Below are positions 19,688 to 28,679 of a stretch of DNA of 64,000 nt, piece by piece. Under the pieces are notes generated by a model. That model saw only the letters and a program-made list of their open reading frames with translations, was not told where the DNA came from and did no database searches. Every line of letters begins with the position of its first letter. Positions within the stretch are counted from its first letter, which is position 1. The DNA lies in the NCBI GenBank assembly GCA_023417265.1, contig JAEZFY010000344.1, forward strand, positions 12,367-76,366, read 5' to 3'. Both the position numbers and the translations under genes were made by a program. This stretch comes from Actinomycetes bacterium. GTDB lineage: Bacteria > Actinomycetota > Acidimicrobiia > Acidimicrobiales > Ilumatobacteraceae.

Positions 19688-20899
19688 ATGTCGGACGTGT
19701 TGAGCTCATCGACCGAGCGCGCAGAGCGTTGTCCGGTCCGACACTTTGACGGAGGGTCGACCAAGCACGTCGATGCGGACCCCTTCGCGACGCTCGCAGA
19801 TTTCCGTGAGGTCGAACCGTTCTGGACTTCGGACGACCCGACCGAGTCCGACGGGTATTGGGTCGTCACCCGCTTCGACCAGGTTCGCGAGGTCCAGCAG
19901 GACTACACGACGTTCAGCCACGCCAACGTCGACCCGCGGTACGCAGCGAATCCGCTGATGCCGACCATGTTCGACCCGCCCGATCAGGTCAAGCAGCGCG
20001 GCATCGTGTTGCCGTTGCTGACGCCCGCGGCGATTGCGCCGTTGGAACCCCGCATGCACGCAGTGTGCCGTGAGCTGATCTCATCGTTCGTCGCACGCGG
20101 CGGATGCGACGTCGTGGCCGAGTTCAGCCGTCGCTATCCGATCGCAATCTTCGGTGAGCTGTACGGCCTGCCCGAAGACCGGCGTGAGGAGTTCCGCCAA
20201 CTCGCGGAGATGTTCCTTCACGAGGAGGGCCGGCAGCACGAGGCGTGGACGCAGATCATCGCGATCATGCGCGACGAGATCGAGCAACGCCGCACCACGC
20301 CGCGCGACGACATGCTGAACGGCATCTCGCACGGGCGCATCGACGGCGACCTGATCTCGATCGACGAGGCGGTCAACCTCGCGTCCACGGTGTTCATCGG
20401 CGGCCTCGACACATTGCCCTCCAACATTGGCTGGACCCTTCGCTACCTGGCCGATCACCCCGAACAACGACGGTTGCTTGTCGAGCAGCCCCAGCTCATC
20501 CCGGGCGCCGTGGAGGAGTTCTTCCGGGTGTTCCCGGTCGTCGTCCGCAACGCCATGGTGCATGCCACTCGCGATGTGGAGTTCCACGGTGCCAACATCC
20601 GCAAGGGCGACGGCGTGTTCACGTTCCTCGCTCTGGCCAACCTCGACAGCGCCGCCTTCGACGATCCGCTACGTATCGACTTCGCGCGCCCGCGCAACCG
20701 ACACGTGGCGTTCTCGATCGGGTCGCACCGCTGCCTCGGTTCGCACCTGGCCCGGCACGAACTGGCGGTGGCCCTCGAGGAGTGGCTCACCGCCATACCG
20801 GACTTCTGGATCGCCGACCAGGGTCGCGTCGTGTATCACGGCGGCCCGGTGTTCTCGCTCGGCGCATTGCCGCTCGAATGGCCGTCGAGCTCCTCCTAG
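19688..20899 (+). CDS. Cytochrome P450 (P450cam/CYP101-like I-helix), copy 2
   Basis: FIGGLDT, EEFFR, FSIGSHRCLG; motif variant GTCCAACCG at 19618-19626 upstream. Confidence 0.93.
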   Translation: MSDVLSSSTERAERCPVRHFDGGSTKHVDADPFATLADFREVEPFWTSDDPTESDGYWVVTRFDQVREVQQDYTTFSHANVDPRYAANPLMPTMFDPPDQVKQRGIVLPLLTPAAIAPLEPRMHAVCRELISSFVARGGCDVVAEFSRRYPIAIFGELYGLPEDRREEFRQLAEMFLHEEGRQHEAWTQIIAIMRDEIEQRRTTPRDDMLNGISHGRIDGDLISIDEAVNLASTVFIGGLDTLPSNIGWTLRYLADHPEQRRLLVEQPQLIPGAVEEFFRVFPVVVRNAMVHATRDVEFHGANIRKGDGVFTFLALANLDSAAFDDPLRIDFARPRNRHVAFSIGSHRCLGSHLARHELAVALEEWLTAIPDFWIADQGRVVYHGGPVFSLGALPLEWPSSSS

Positions 20900-20940
20900 A
20901 TCGCCGCCACCGAACACCCCGACCGAACCAGGAGACCCGC

Positions 20941-22140
20941 GTGGGCGAATACACCGACTACGAGCACTTCACCGATTATCCGATCTTCGACGCGGACCAG
21001 CACCTGGCTGAGCCCGACGACTGCTACACGCAGCACATCGAGTCGAAGTATCGCGACCGCACCATTCAATTGCTCGAGCGCGACGGGAAGCGATGGCTGG
21101 CGGTCGACGGGAGGCTCCACGCGAAGGAGGTACAGGGCAACCGGATGGCGCGCCCAGGCTCGCTGCGGGAGTTCTTGAAGGCGATGAAGCAAGGCGTGTC
21201 CGACAGCGATGCCTACCAATGGATGGCACCCGACCCTGCGTTCTTCGACGCCCGGCAACGTCTGGCGATGATGGATCGCCAGCACGTTGAGGCGTGCATC
21301 TTGTACTCCAACGGGAACGGTCTCTTGGCCGAGAACTGGATCGACGACGAGGACCTCTACTACGCGTCGTCCTGGTCGTACCTCCGGTGGGTCGCCGCCG
21401 AGTGGGGCTTCTCGACCGCCAACCGCATGTTCGTGGCCCCCGTGTTCTCGTTCCGCAACCCGCGGCGAACGCTCGAACAACTCGACTGGTTCTACGAGCA
21501 CGGCGGCAAGATCGTATGCCTCGTCACCGGGCCGGCATATGGCCGCTCGCCCGCCGACCCCCACTACGACGCGATCTGGGATCGCATCAACGGCGCCAAC
21601 GGGTTGGTGGCGTACCACATCAACGAGTCGATTCCCGGATACAAGCGCTCGCGATCGGCGGCTTGGGGCGAACCGCTCGATCCCGGGTTCTATGACCAGT
21701 CCGCGTGGCAGTGGTTCTGGGCCTACGGAGACGTGCCAGCACAGGAGACGTTCGCGTCGTTGGTGTATGGCAACCTGTTCGGGCGGTTCCCCAACCTGAA
21801 GGTGTTGTCGGCCGAACACGGCGCAGAGTGGATTCCGTTGTTCCTGCGCAAGCTCGACAAGATGCGCGGCATGGGCCGCGGCGGCCCGTGGATCGGCGGC
21901 CAGCTCACTGAACGACCGAGCCACACCTTCAGACGTCACTTCAAGGTTGTCCCGTACTGGGAGGACGACCTCACCGAGGTCGTCAGCCGCGTCGGCCACG
22001 AGGTGCTCCTCGGCGGATCGGACTTTCCCCATCCCGAAGGCTTGGCCGCGCCGACGCGGCTCGTCGAGCACCTCCACATGCTCGACGACTCCCACCAGCG
22101 AGCGGTGATGCGCGACCACGGAATGGCGCTCTTCAGCTGA
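20941..22140 (+). CDS. Amidohydrolase_2 family protein (paralog of 46121-47329)
   Basis: FDADQH, YHINE, LSAEHG, GGSDFPHPEG; RBS AGGAG before GTG. Confidence 0.9.
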   Translation: MGEYTDYEHFTDYPIFDADQHLAEPDDCYTQHIESKYRDRTIQLLERDGKRWLAVDGRLHAKEVQGNRMARPGSLREFLKAMKQGVSDSDAYQWMAPDPAFFDARQRLAMMDRQHVEACILYSNGNGLLAENWIDDEDLYYASSWSYLRWVAAEWGFSTANRMFVAPVFSFRNPRRTLEQLDWFYEHGGKIVCLVTGPAYGRSPADPHYDAIWDRINGANGLVAYHINESIPGYKRSRSAAWGEPLDPGFYDQSAWQWFWAYGDVPAQETFASLVYGNLFGRFPNLKVLSAEHGAEWIPLFLRKLDKMRGMGRGGPWIGGQLTERPSHTFRRHFKVVPYWEDDLTEVVSRVGHEVLLGGSDFPHPEGLAAPTRLVEHLHMLDDSHQRAVMRDHGMALFS

Positions 22141-22188
22141 ACGAGTGCGTCCGCCGAGAGTGCGCTCACCGACCCGACCAGGAGAACG

Positions 22189-23400
22189 ATGCGATTCCTC
22201 AGCTTCCATTACATGACCTACCAAGGCCTCGATGCCCCACAGACCGTCGAGGAGTACGGCGTCGGCTGGTGCCTGGTGCCCAATGCGCTCTGCGATCGTG
22301 CCGAGATGGCCTCGAACTACGCCGACTACGTCGGCCAGGCGTCGTACGCCGATGAGCTTGGCTTCGACGGTGTGGTCGTCAACGAGCACCATCAGACGCC
22401 GTTCGGCACGATGCCGGCCCCGAACATCATGGCCGCAGCGATCTCGCAGCGGACCACGCGTGCCCGGATCTTCGTGCTGGGCAACGCGCTGCCGCTGCGC
22501 GCGACGCCGTTGTCGAGCATCGAGGAGTACTCGATGATCGACTTGTTGAGCGGGGGACGGCTCGAAGCCGGGTTCGTCGTGGGCGGAGGGCCGGAGTACT
22601 ACAACTTCGCCCAGCGGCCGACGCAGGCACGCGACCAGTTCGCCGAGGCGCTCGCGCTCGCCCGCAAGGCGTGGTCGGAGCCGGGCCCGTTCCGGTGGGA
22701 CGGCGAGTACTACCAACTCGACATCGTGAACCCGTGGCCGCTGTCGCTCCAGGCGCCTCATCCGCCGGTTTGGGTGTGCGGCGTCGGCAGCCCTTCGACG
22801 CTCGAGATGTGCGCCCGCGAGAACCTCGGCTATATGGGTGTCAACATCAACACCGGCCACGCCGACTTCGTCGGGCAGTGCAACTACTTCCGCGACGCCG
22901 CCGACAAGTACGGCCGCGAGTTCGACCCCGCCAAGATGGGGTGGCTGACGCACATCTACGTGGGTGAGAACGACGAGCAAGCGATGGCCGACTTCACCAC
23001 TCACATCACCTACTTCGGCTACCTCACCCGCGGCTTCGGCGGCCCGGTGAAGACGTTCTTCCCGCCGGGTCACCTCCCAGCGGACAAGACGGTCGACTGG
23101 GAGAACAACACTCGAGCCGCGTTCCACGGCGCCGCGATGTCCGAACACGAGCCACCGCTCGTCGGGTCCGCCGAGACCGTTGCCGAGCGCCTCCTCGACA
23201 AACTCAAGGACTACCGCATCGGCAACGCCGCGATTGCCTTTCAGTTCGGCACGATGCCCGACTCGATGGCGCGCGAGAGCATGGCGAGGTTCGCCGCCGA
23301 CGTGATGCCGATCGTCCGGTGCGAGATGGACACGTATCTCGACGAGCTGTATCCGAACCGCACCCAGTCCGCCTACGCCGGCGGTGGAGAGTCCCGATGA
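22189..23400 (+). CDS. LLM flavin-dependent oxidoreductase (paired with alpha/beta hydrolase), copy 1
   Basis: GFDGVVVNEHHQT, EEYSMIDLLSGGRL, NPWP..LQAPHPP. Confidence 0.92.
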   Translation: MRFLSFHYMTYQGLDAPQTVEEYGVGWCLVPNALCDRAEMASNYADYVGQASYADELGFDGVVVNEHHQTPFGTMPAPNIMAAAISQRTTRARIFVLGNALPLRATPLSSIEEYSMIDLLSGGRLEAGFVVGGGPEYYNFAQRPTQARDQFAEALALARKAWSEPGPFRWDGEYYQLDIVNPWPLSLQAPHPPVWVCGVGSPSTLEMCARENLGYMGVNINTGHADFVGQCNYFRDAADKYGREFDPAKMGWLTHIYVGENDEQAMADFTTHITYFGYLTRGFGGPVKTFFPPGHLPADKTVDWENNTRAAFHGAAMSEHEPPLVGSAETVAERLLDKLKDYRIGNAAIAFQFGTMPDSMARESMARFAADVMPIVRCEMDTYLDELYPNRTQSAYAGGGESR

Positions 23401-24227
23401 ACGCCCGGATCGGCACGATCGACACGCCCCTGATGACCGTGACGGCAGCGACGCTGGGGTCGGGCCCCGCCCTGGTGTACCTGCATGACGTGCTGTTCGA
23501 CATGCCGCGCCCCGACGGCGCTGATGTGCCCGACCACCTCCAGGCGTTGGGCGTCGCCCATTCGATCATCGCTCCGTGGCTTCCCGGGTTCCGCGACCTG
23601 GCGCAGCTGAAGGCGGTCGCCGAGCTCGACGATTATCTCTTCGTCCTCACCGACTTCCTCGCCGCGGCGAGTCCCGCCCGCCCGCACCTGGTGGGTGCCG
23701 GCCTCGGTGGTTGGCTCGCTGCCGAGCTGGCGGTGCGACGACCTGACAAGATCGCCACGCTGACTCTCGTCAACGCGTTCGGACTCAAGGTCGACGGGCA
23801 TCCCACGGCGAGGTTCTTCGACGCTGCCGCCCCGAACCCGCTGGGAGGCAGGCGCGAGATCCGCGAGCTCTTGTTCACCGAGCCCGATGGCGAGCTGGCG
23901 ACCAAGGTGCTGCCCGACTTCCCCGACTCCGGGCCTGGCATGGAGTTCTTCACCAACGTCCACGCGGCAGCACAGATCGGTTGGTCGCCCCCAGCCTTCT
24001 ACGACCCCAAGCTCACCCGCCACCTCCACCGCATCGACGTGCCCACCCAAATCGTGTGGGGCGCCGCCAACAAGTTGGTCGATCTCGCCCATGCCGAGGC
24101 GTTCGTCGCCGGAATCGAGGGCGCGACGTTGCACGTGATCGACGGTGCCGGGCACCTGCTCCATGTCGAGCGGCCGGGCGAACTGGCGGCGACGATTATC
24201 GCGCACACGTCGCAGCACGCCAGCTGA
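23397..24227 (+). CDS. Alpha/beta-hydrolase-fold protein lacking the nucleophile Ser, copy 1
   Basis: HLVGAGLGG in place of GxSxG, VWG, GAGHL; ATGA coupling to the LLM. Confidence 0.85.
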   Translation: MNARIGTIDTPLMTVTAATLGSGPALVYLHDVLFDMPRPDGADVPDHLQALGVAHSIIAPWLPGFRDLAQLKAVAELDDYLFVLTDFLAAASPARPHLVGAGLGGWLAAELAVRRPDKIATLTLVNAFGLKVDGHPTARFFDAAAPNPLGGRREIRELLFTEPDGELATKVLPDFPDSGPGMEFFTNVHAAAQIGWSPPAFYDPKLTRHLHRIDVPTQIVWGAANKLVDLAHAEAFVAGIEGATLHVIDGAGHLLHVERPGELAATIIAHTSQHAS

Positions 24228-24235
24228 GCGACGTC

Positions 24236-25087
24236 TCAAGCGCCTGGCGACGAGGGAGACCCGCTCGCGATCCATTCGGCGAGGTGCGCGAACTCGCCCA
24301 TCATCCGGTCGTGGCGTTCCTGGATCGTGAGCTGGTTCTTGGGGTCCGTGAACACGTAGAGCTGATCGCGCTCGATCCCCCTCACGACCAGCTCGCCCAC
24401 CTGGTCGGGCTCGAGCGCCGGCGACAGGTCGAGCTCGGAGCTCTTCACGTGAGGTGGCGGGGGAGTCGGCGCGGTGAGCTCGGCGGGGCGGTTGCGGGCC
24501 GCATCCATGATCCGGGAGACGACACCGGCCGGGCACAGCGCCGTGATGCTGATCGGCGTGTCCCGCAGCTCGTTGCGCAACGTGTCGGTCAGGCCGATCA
24601 CGCCGTACTTGGATGTCGAGTACATCGCGCTGTACGAGCTCGGGAACAGCCCGTTCATCGAGGCGGTGTTGACGATGTGCCCCTCGTGCCCTGCGGCGAG
24701 CATGCCCGGGAGGAACGCCTGGATGCCGTGCACCACTCCCCACAGGTTGACGCCGAGCACCCACTGCCAATCCTCGTAGGTGGCGTCGATCCCGCGGCGT
24801 GCCACCGACACGCCGGCATTGTTGACCAGTATGTGAATATCACCGAAGCGTGTCCGGCTGACCTCGGCCAGTTCGCTGACGGATTCGAAGTCGGCCACGT
24901 CCGTCGCGACCGCGATCGCCGTGACCGCGAACTGCTCAAGGTCAGATGCGGTCTCCTGGGCAGCGTCCGACTCGACGTCGGACACCACGACATTCATGCC
25001 GCGCCGCGCGAGCGATCTGGCAATGCCGCGCCCGATGCCGCTTCCGCCGCCGGTGACCACGGCCGTGCGGCCCGCGAAGTCCTTCAT
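24236..25087 (-). CDS. Short-chain dehydrogenase/reductase
   Basis: TGGGSGIG, NNAGV, VNLWGVVHG, YSTSK. Confidence 0.92.
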   Translation of the reverse strand: MKDFAGRTAVVTGGGSGIGRGIARSLARRGMNVVVSDVESDAAQETASDLEQFAVTAIAVATDVADFESVSELAEVSRTRFGDIHILVNNAGVSVARRGIDATYEDWQWVLGVNLWGVVHGIQAFLPGMLAAGHEGHIVNTASMNGLFPSSYSAMYSTSKYGVIGLTDTLRNELRDTPISITALCPAGVVSRIMDAARNRPAELTAPTPPPPHVKSSELDLSPALEPDQVGELVVRGIERDQLYVFTDPKNQLTIQERHDRMMGEFAHLAEWIASGSPSSPGA

Positions 25088-25147
25088 GTCGTTCCCTTCT
25101 GCCCGACGCGTCGGGCTGCTCGATGTCGTCGGCGCACGCCGGCTACG

Positions 25148-26137
25148 TCAGACCCGCACCACCACCTTGCCGACGTGGGTCTGCGCCTTAAGGTGGCGAT
25201 ACGCGGCGACTGCGTCGGCGAACTCGAACGTCGCATCGATGACCGGTTCGAGCCCGTGCAGGTCGACGAACTCGACCAGGTCGGTGAACATTCGCCGGTT
25301 GCCCACCCACACTCCACGGAGCGTCTGGCTGCGCCCCACCAGCAGCCGCGGGTTCAATGTCGCCTCTCCGGACACTATCCCGATCACGGTGACCTCGCCG
25401 CCTAGACGGGTGGCCGCCAACGAGCGCGCCAACGTATCGGCGCCTCCCACCTCGAGCACACGGTCGACACCGCGGCCGCCGGTGACCTCGAGCACGCGCC
25501 GGTCCCAGTCAGGAGTTGCCGCGTAGTTCACCATGACGTCGGCGCCCAGCTGCGCCATCCGCTCCAACTTCACGTCGCTGCTCGACGTGATGATCGTTCG
25601 CAGCCCGAGCAGCCGCGCCAACTGCAGACCGAACACGGACACGCCGCCCGTCCCGAGCAGCAGGACGTGATCTCCGGGGGTCAGCAGCGCACCTTCCACC
25701 AGGGCGTTCCAAGCCGTCACCGCTGCGCACGGCAACGTGGCCGCCTGCTCGTACGTCCACCCGGAGGGCATGCGGACGACCGCCGATGCGGGCAGCACAA
25801 CGCGCTCGGCCAGTACCCCGTCGATCGCCCCGCCGAGCGCCGAGTCGTAGGCGGCCTGAGTGATCGGGCCGTCGATCCACTGAGCGCTGAAGCAGGTGGC
25901 GACGCGATCGCCGACGACCGGGTCGATCACCCCCTCGCCGACCGCGATCACCTCTCCAGCGGCGTCGGACAGCGGGATGCGCCCGGAGACGCCACGCTCG
26001 GCGATCGACGCGTCACGGAAGTTGAGCGACGTAGCTCGAACCGCCACGAGCACGTCACCCGGGCCGGGGCGCGGCTCGGGAATCGAGCGCGCCTCGATGC
26101 CGTCGATGCCGCCCCCGGTGAGAACGTACGCCTTCAC
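25148..26137 (-). CDS. MDR-family NAD(P)-dependent oxidoreductase (zinc-type ADH-like), copy 1
   Basis: SLNFRD, IPLSDAAG, LPCAAVTAWNAL, GTGGVS, HVGKVVV. Confidence 0.9.
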   Translation of the reverse strand: MKAYVLTGGGIDGIEARSIPEPRPGPGDVLVAVRATSLNFRDASIAERGVSGRIPLSDAAGEVIAVGEGVIDPVVGDRVATCFSAQWIDGPITQAAYDSALGGAIDGVLAERVVLPASAVVRMPSGWTYEQAATLPCAAVTAWNALVEGALLTPGDHVLLLGTGGVSVFGLQLARLLGLRTIITSSSDVKLERMAQLGADVMVNYAATPDWDRRVLEVTGGRGVDRVLEVGGADTLARSLAATRLGGEVTVIGIVSGEATLNPRLLVGRSQTLRGVWVGNRRMFTDLVEFVDLHGLEPVIDATFEFADAVAAYRHLKAQTHVGKVVVRV

Positions 26138-26186
26138 GTCATCGCGCTCCCGTGACCGCCGCTCGCGACCGACATGCGCACATCTC

Positions 26187-26195
26187 GTCCAACTG
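26187..26195. promoter_or_regulatory. Recurrent motif GTCCAACTG
   Basis: Exact copy in a 90-bp gap, 50 bp upstream of the MDR gene. Confidence 0.55.
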
Positions 26196-26227
26196 CGACG
26201 ACGGGCGGATGGGATGGGACACGTCCG

Positions 26228-27196
26228 TCACGCGTCGGCGAGCAACGGGACGAGCTGCGTGCAGATCGCCTCGATGTTGGCGTCGATCGTGTCGTCATCG
26301 AGCCCAGGGTGTTCGGTCCAGCAGTGGATGTCGGTGACCGGGAGACCCTCGAACCGGGTGCGCAGCACCTCGGCGACCGTGGCGGCGTCGCCCATCACGG
26401 TCGAATCTCGGGTCGTCCGGGCATCGAAGTAGTCGTTGCGGGTGTGCTCGAGGCGCGTCCCTTCGAACATGTAGCGGTTGTACGACTGCCAGCGCTGCGC
26501 GACGAACGGCTCGATCTGCGCCCACGTGCGGTCGGGATCGTCGGTGATCCAGATGTCGACGAGCCCACCCATGCGGGCGATCGCCGGGTCGTGTCCACCC
26601 TCCTCGAGGCCCGCCCGGTACGGCTCGAGCAAGTCGCGCTCGATCGACAGCAGGCCGAGCCCGAGGCGACCGGCGAGCCGGGCGCCCTGTGGTCCACGGA
26701 ACCCTCCCCAGATGGGGACCGGTCGCTGCACCGGGCGCGGCGTGATCGTCCTGGGCGCACCCGGCTGCTCGCCCCACAGCTCGCGCATCTCGACGATGCG
26801 CCGACGGAATTCTCCGTAACGCTGCTTGAAGTTCCCGCCGAACGCGTCGTATTCCGGCTTCCGGTAGCCGACGCCGAACCCGGGATCGACGCGCCCCCCG
26901 CTCAAGATGTCGACGAGCGCCACCTGCTCGGCCACCTCGATTGCCAGGTGCAGCGGCAACAGGGCGACCGCCGTGCCGATGCGGATCGTGGACGTGCGCG
27001 CAGCGATGGCTGCGGCCAGCGTCCAGCATTGCGGGAGATAGCCGTCGTCGAAGAAGTGATGTTCGGTCAACCACACCGAGGGGCATCCGAGTTGCTCCGC
27101 TCGGGCGACACGGTCAAGCCACACCTGGTAGTGCTCGACGTCTCCCCGGTGTTCTGGGTTCGAGTTGCGCATGTCGACCGTGATGCCAAGCCTCAT
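26228..27196 (-). CDS. LLM flavin-dependent oxidoreductase
   Basis: VWLTEHHFFDDGYLP, VAEQVALVDILSGGR, PRPVQRPVPIWGG. Confidence 0.92.
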   Translation of the reverse strand: MRLGITVDMRNSNPEHRGDVEHYQVWLDRVARAEQLGCPSVWLTEHHFFDDGYLPQCWTLAAAIAARTSTIRIGTAVALLPLHLAIEVAEQVALVDILSGGRVDPGFGVGYRKPEYDAFGGNFKQRYGEFRRRIVEMRELWGEQPGAPRTITPRPVQRPVPIWGGFRGPQGARLAGRLGLGLLSIERDLLEPYRAGLEEGGHDPAIARMGGLVDIWITDDPDRTWAQIEPFVAQRWQSYNRYMFEGTRLEHTRNDYFDARTTRDSTVMGDAATVAEVLRTRFEGLPVTDIHCWTEHPGLDDDTIDANIEAICTQLVPLLADA

Positions 27197-27260
27197 TGCA
27201 CGTTTCCTCCGAGCGTTCGTGGGCGAGTTGCGGCGACCGTACCGTCGGCCCCGGTCGGCG

Positions 27261-27307
27261 CAGTTGGACTCGGTGCGGCGCGCCCAAGGTGCGTGACTCA
27301 GTTAGAC
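27261..27307. promoter_or_regulatory. Tandem motif copies CAGTTGGAC (27261) and CAGTTAGAC (27299)
   Basis: Direct repeats between two divergent LLM genes. Confidence 0.55.
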
Positions 27308-27513
27308 GCGCCCGACGAGCGACATCGGACACCCAGTTACGGTGGGCTCGTCGCACCAGCGGTCGACGTCGGTGCCTCCGCGACGGATGTACTGCCGCCG
27401 GTCCGGAAGGGTCGGAGGGGGATCGGCCTGATCGCCGACGATCTGGACAACACGAGAAGGCCGCTCGGTCGCCCCACGCGAACGCGCCGGACGGCATCAG
27501 CAAGGAGCGGTAG

Positions 27514-28647
27514 ATGCACTGCGGCGTCATGGTCACGGGCTACAACCAGGCGGATTGGGCCCGTCTCATGGCCGACGATTACACCCGCGGTCCGGACGTG
27601 CCCGACTTCGAGCACATGGAGAACACGCTCCGGTTGGGTGACCTCGTCGAGCCGCTCGGCTTTGACTCGATCTGGGCAACCGAGCACTACGGCTCGGCCT
27701 ACTCGATGCATCCGAATCCGCTCCAGTACCTCGCCTACTGGGCCGGCCGAACCGAACGTGTCGATGTGGGAACCGCGGTGATCGTCGCACCGTGGTGGAA
27801 CCCGGTGCGCTTGGCGAGCGAGATCTCGATGCTCGATGTGCTGTTGCGTGGACGCAAGATCCACCTTGGCATCGGTCGTGGTGTCGCCCAGCACGAGTAC
27901 GCCTCGCTCGGTATCCCGATCGAGGAATCGCACGACTACTACTACGAGGTCGTCAACGCGCTCCGTGCCGCCGACGGAGCGCAACGGTTCAGCTTCGACG
28001 GTGAGATCTTCAAGGTCCCGCCGACGACGATTCGGCCGCAAGGTCGCAACTTCGGCTCGCTGACCGTCGACATCAAGGCGGCGTTTCAAACCGAAGCCTC
28101 GGCCACCTTGGCGGCACAGAACGGCCTCGGTCAGATGTTCGTGTCGGGTGACGAGTTCGACGTCATGGTGGCCAAGGTACGGCGCTTCAACCAGATCCGT
28201 GCCGGCCTCGGCCTGCCGCCGGATCAGCCGACCACGCTCCAGTGGATGTACTGCGCCGAGAACGCGGACGAGGCTGACGAGGGCTGGCCGTACTTCTACC
28301 AGCAGCTCCTCGGCGCGCAATACCACTACTTCGAGTGGCAGAACCCGAAATTCTCGAACGTCAAGGGGTACGAGTCGTACGAGACCGAGCGCGTCGCCGA
28401 CTTCGGCCGCGCCCACCTCAAGTTCGAGGAACGCAAACGCACGCAACCGATCGGCACACCCGGACAGATCATCGACCGGATCCGGAAGCTCCAGGATGCG
28501 CTCAGCCTCGAGAAAATCATCCTGCACTTCTTCTACGGCGGCATGCCGCCCGAGCTCGCCGAGCGGAGCCTGCGGCTCTTCGCTCGGGAAGTCCTTCCGG
28601 CTGTCCACGAGATGGCCACGCCCATCAACGCCGCGTCACTCGGCTGA
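27514..28647 (+). CDS. LLM flavin-dependent oxidoreductase
   Basis: GFDSIWATEHY, WWNPVRLASEISMLD, GIGRG, LFAREVLP. Confidence 0.9.
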   Translation: MHCGVMVTGYNQADWARLMADDYTRGPDVPDFEHMENTLRLGDLVEPLGFDSIWATEHYGSAYSMHPNPLQYLAYWAGRTERVDVGTAVIVAPWWNPVRLASEISMLDVLLRGRKIHLGIGRGVAQHEYASLGIPIEESHDYYYEVVNALRAADGAQRFSFDGEIFKVPPTTIRPQGRNFGSLTVDIKAAFQTEASATLAAQNGLGQMFVSGDEFDVMVAKVRRFNQIRAGLGLPPDQPTTLQWMYCAENADEADEGWPYFYQQLLGAQYHYFEWQNPKFSNVKGYESYETERVADFGRAHLKFEERKRTQPIGTPGQIIDRIRKLQDALSLEKIILHFFYGGMPPELAERSLRLFAREVLPAVHEMATPINAASLG

Positions 28648-28679
28648 TTGCATTCGACAGAGCTTGGGGGAGCTGATCC

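Noticed and set aside
20245..20940. Long N-terminal extensions in ORF-track calls (20245, 39470, 50561, 47448-49298, 15628, 16497) suggesting fusions
   Set aside because: Extensions overlap neighbouring genes; paralog comparison and RBS or stop/start coupling give shorter true starts
20896..23148. 750-aa minus-strand ORF (and similar long shadow ORFs at 6118-8025, 26174-27781, 32910-34652, 34806-36326, 58079-59797)
   Set aside because: These overlap motif-supported genes (antisense or alternative frame), have no motifs of their own, and are expected in high-GC DNA
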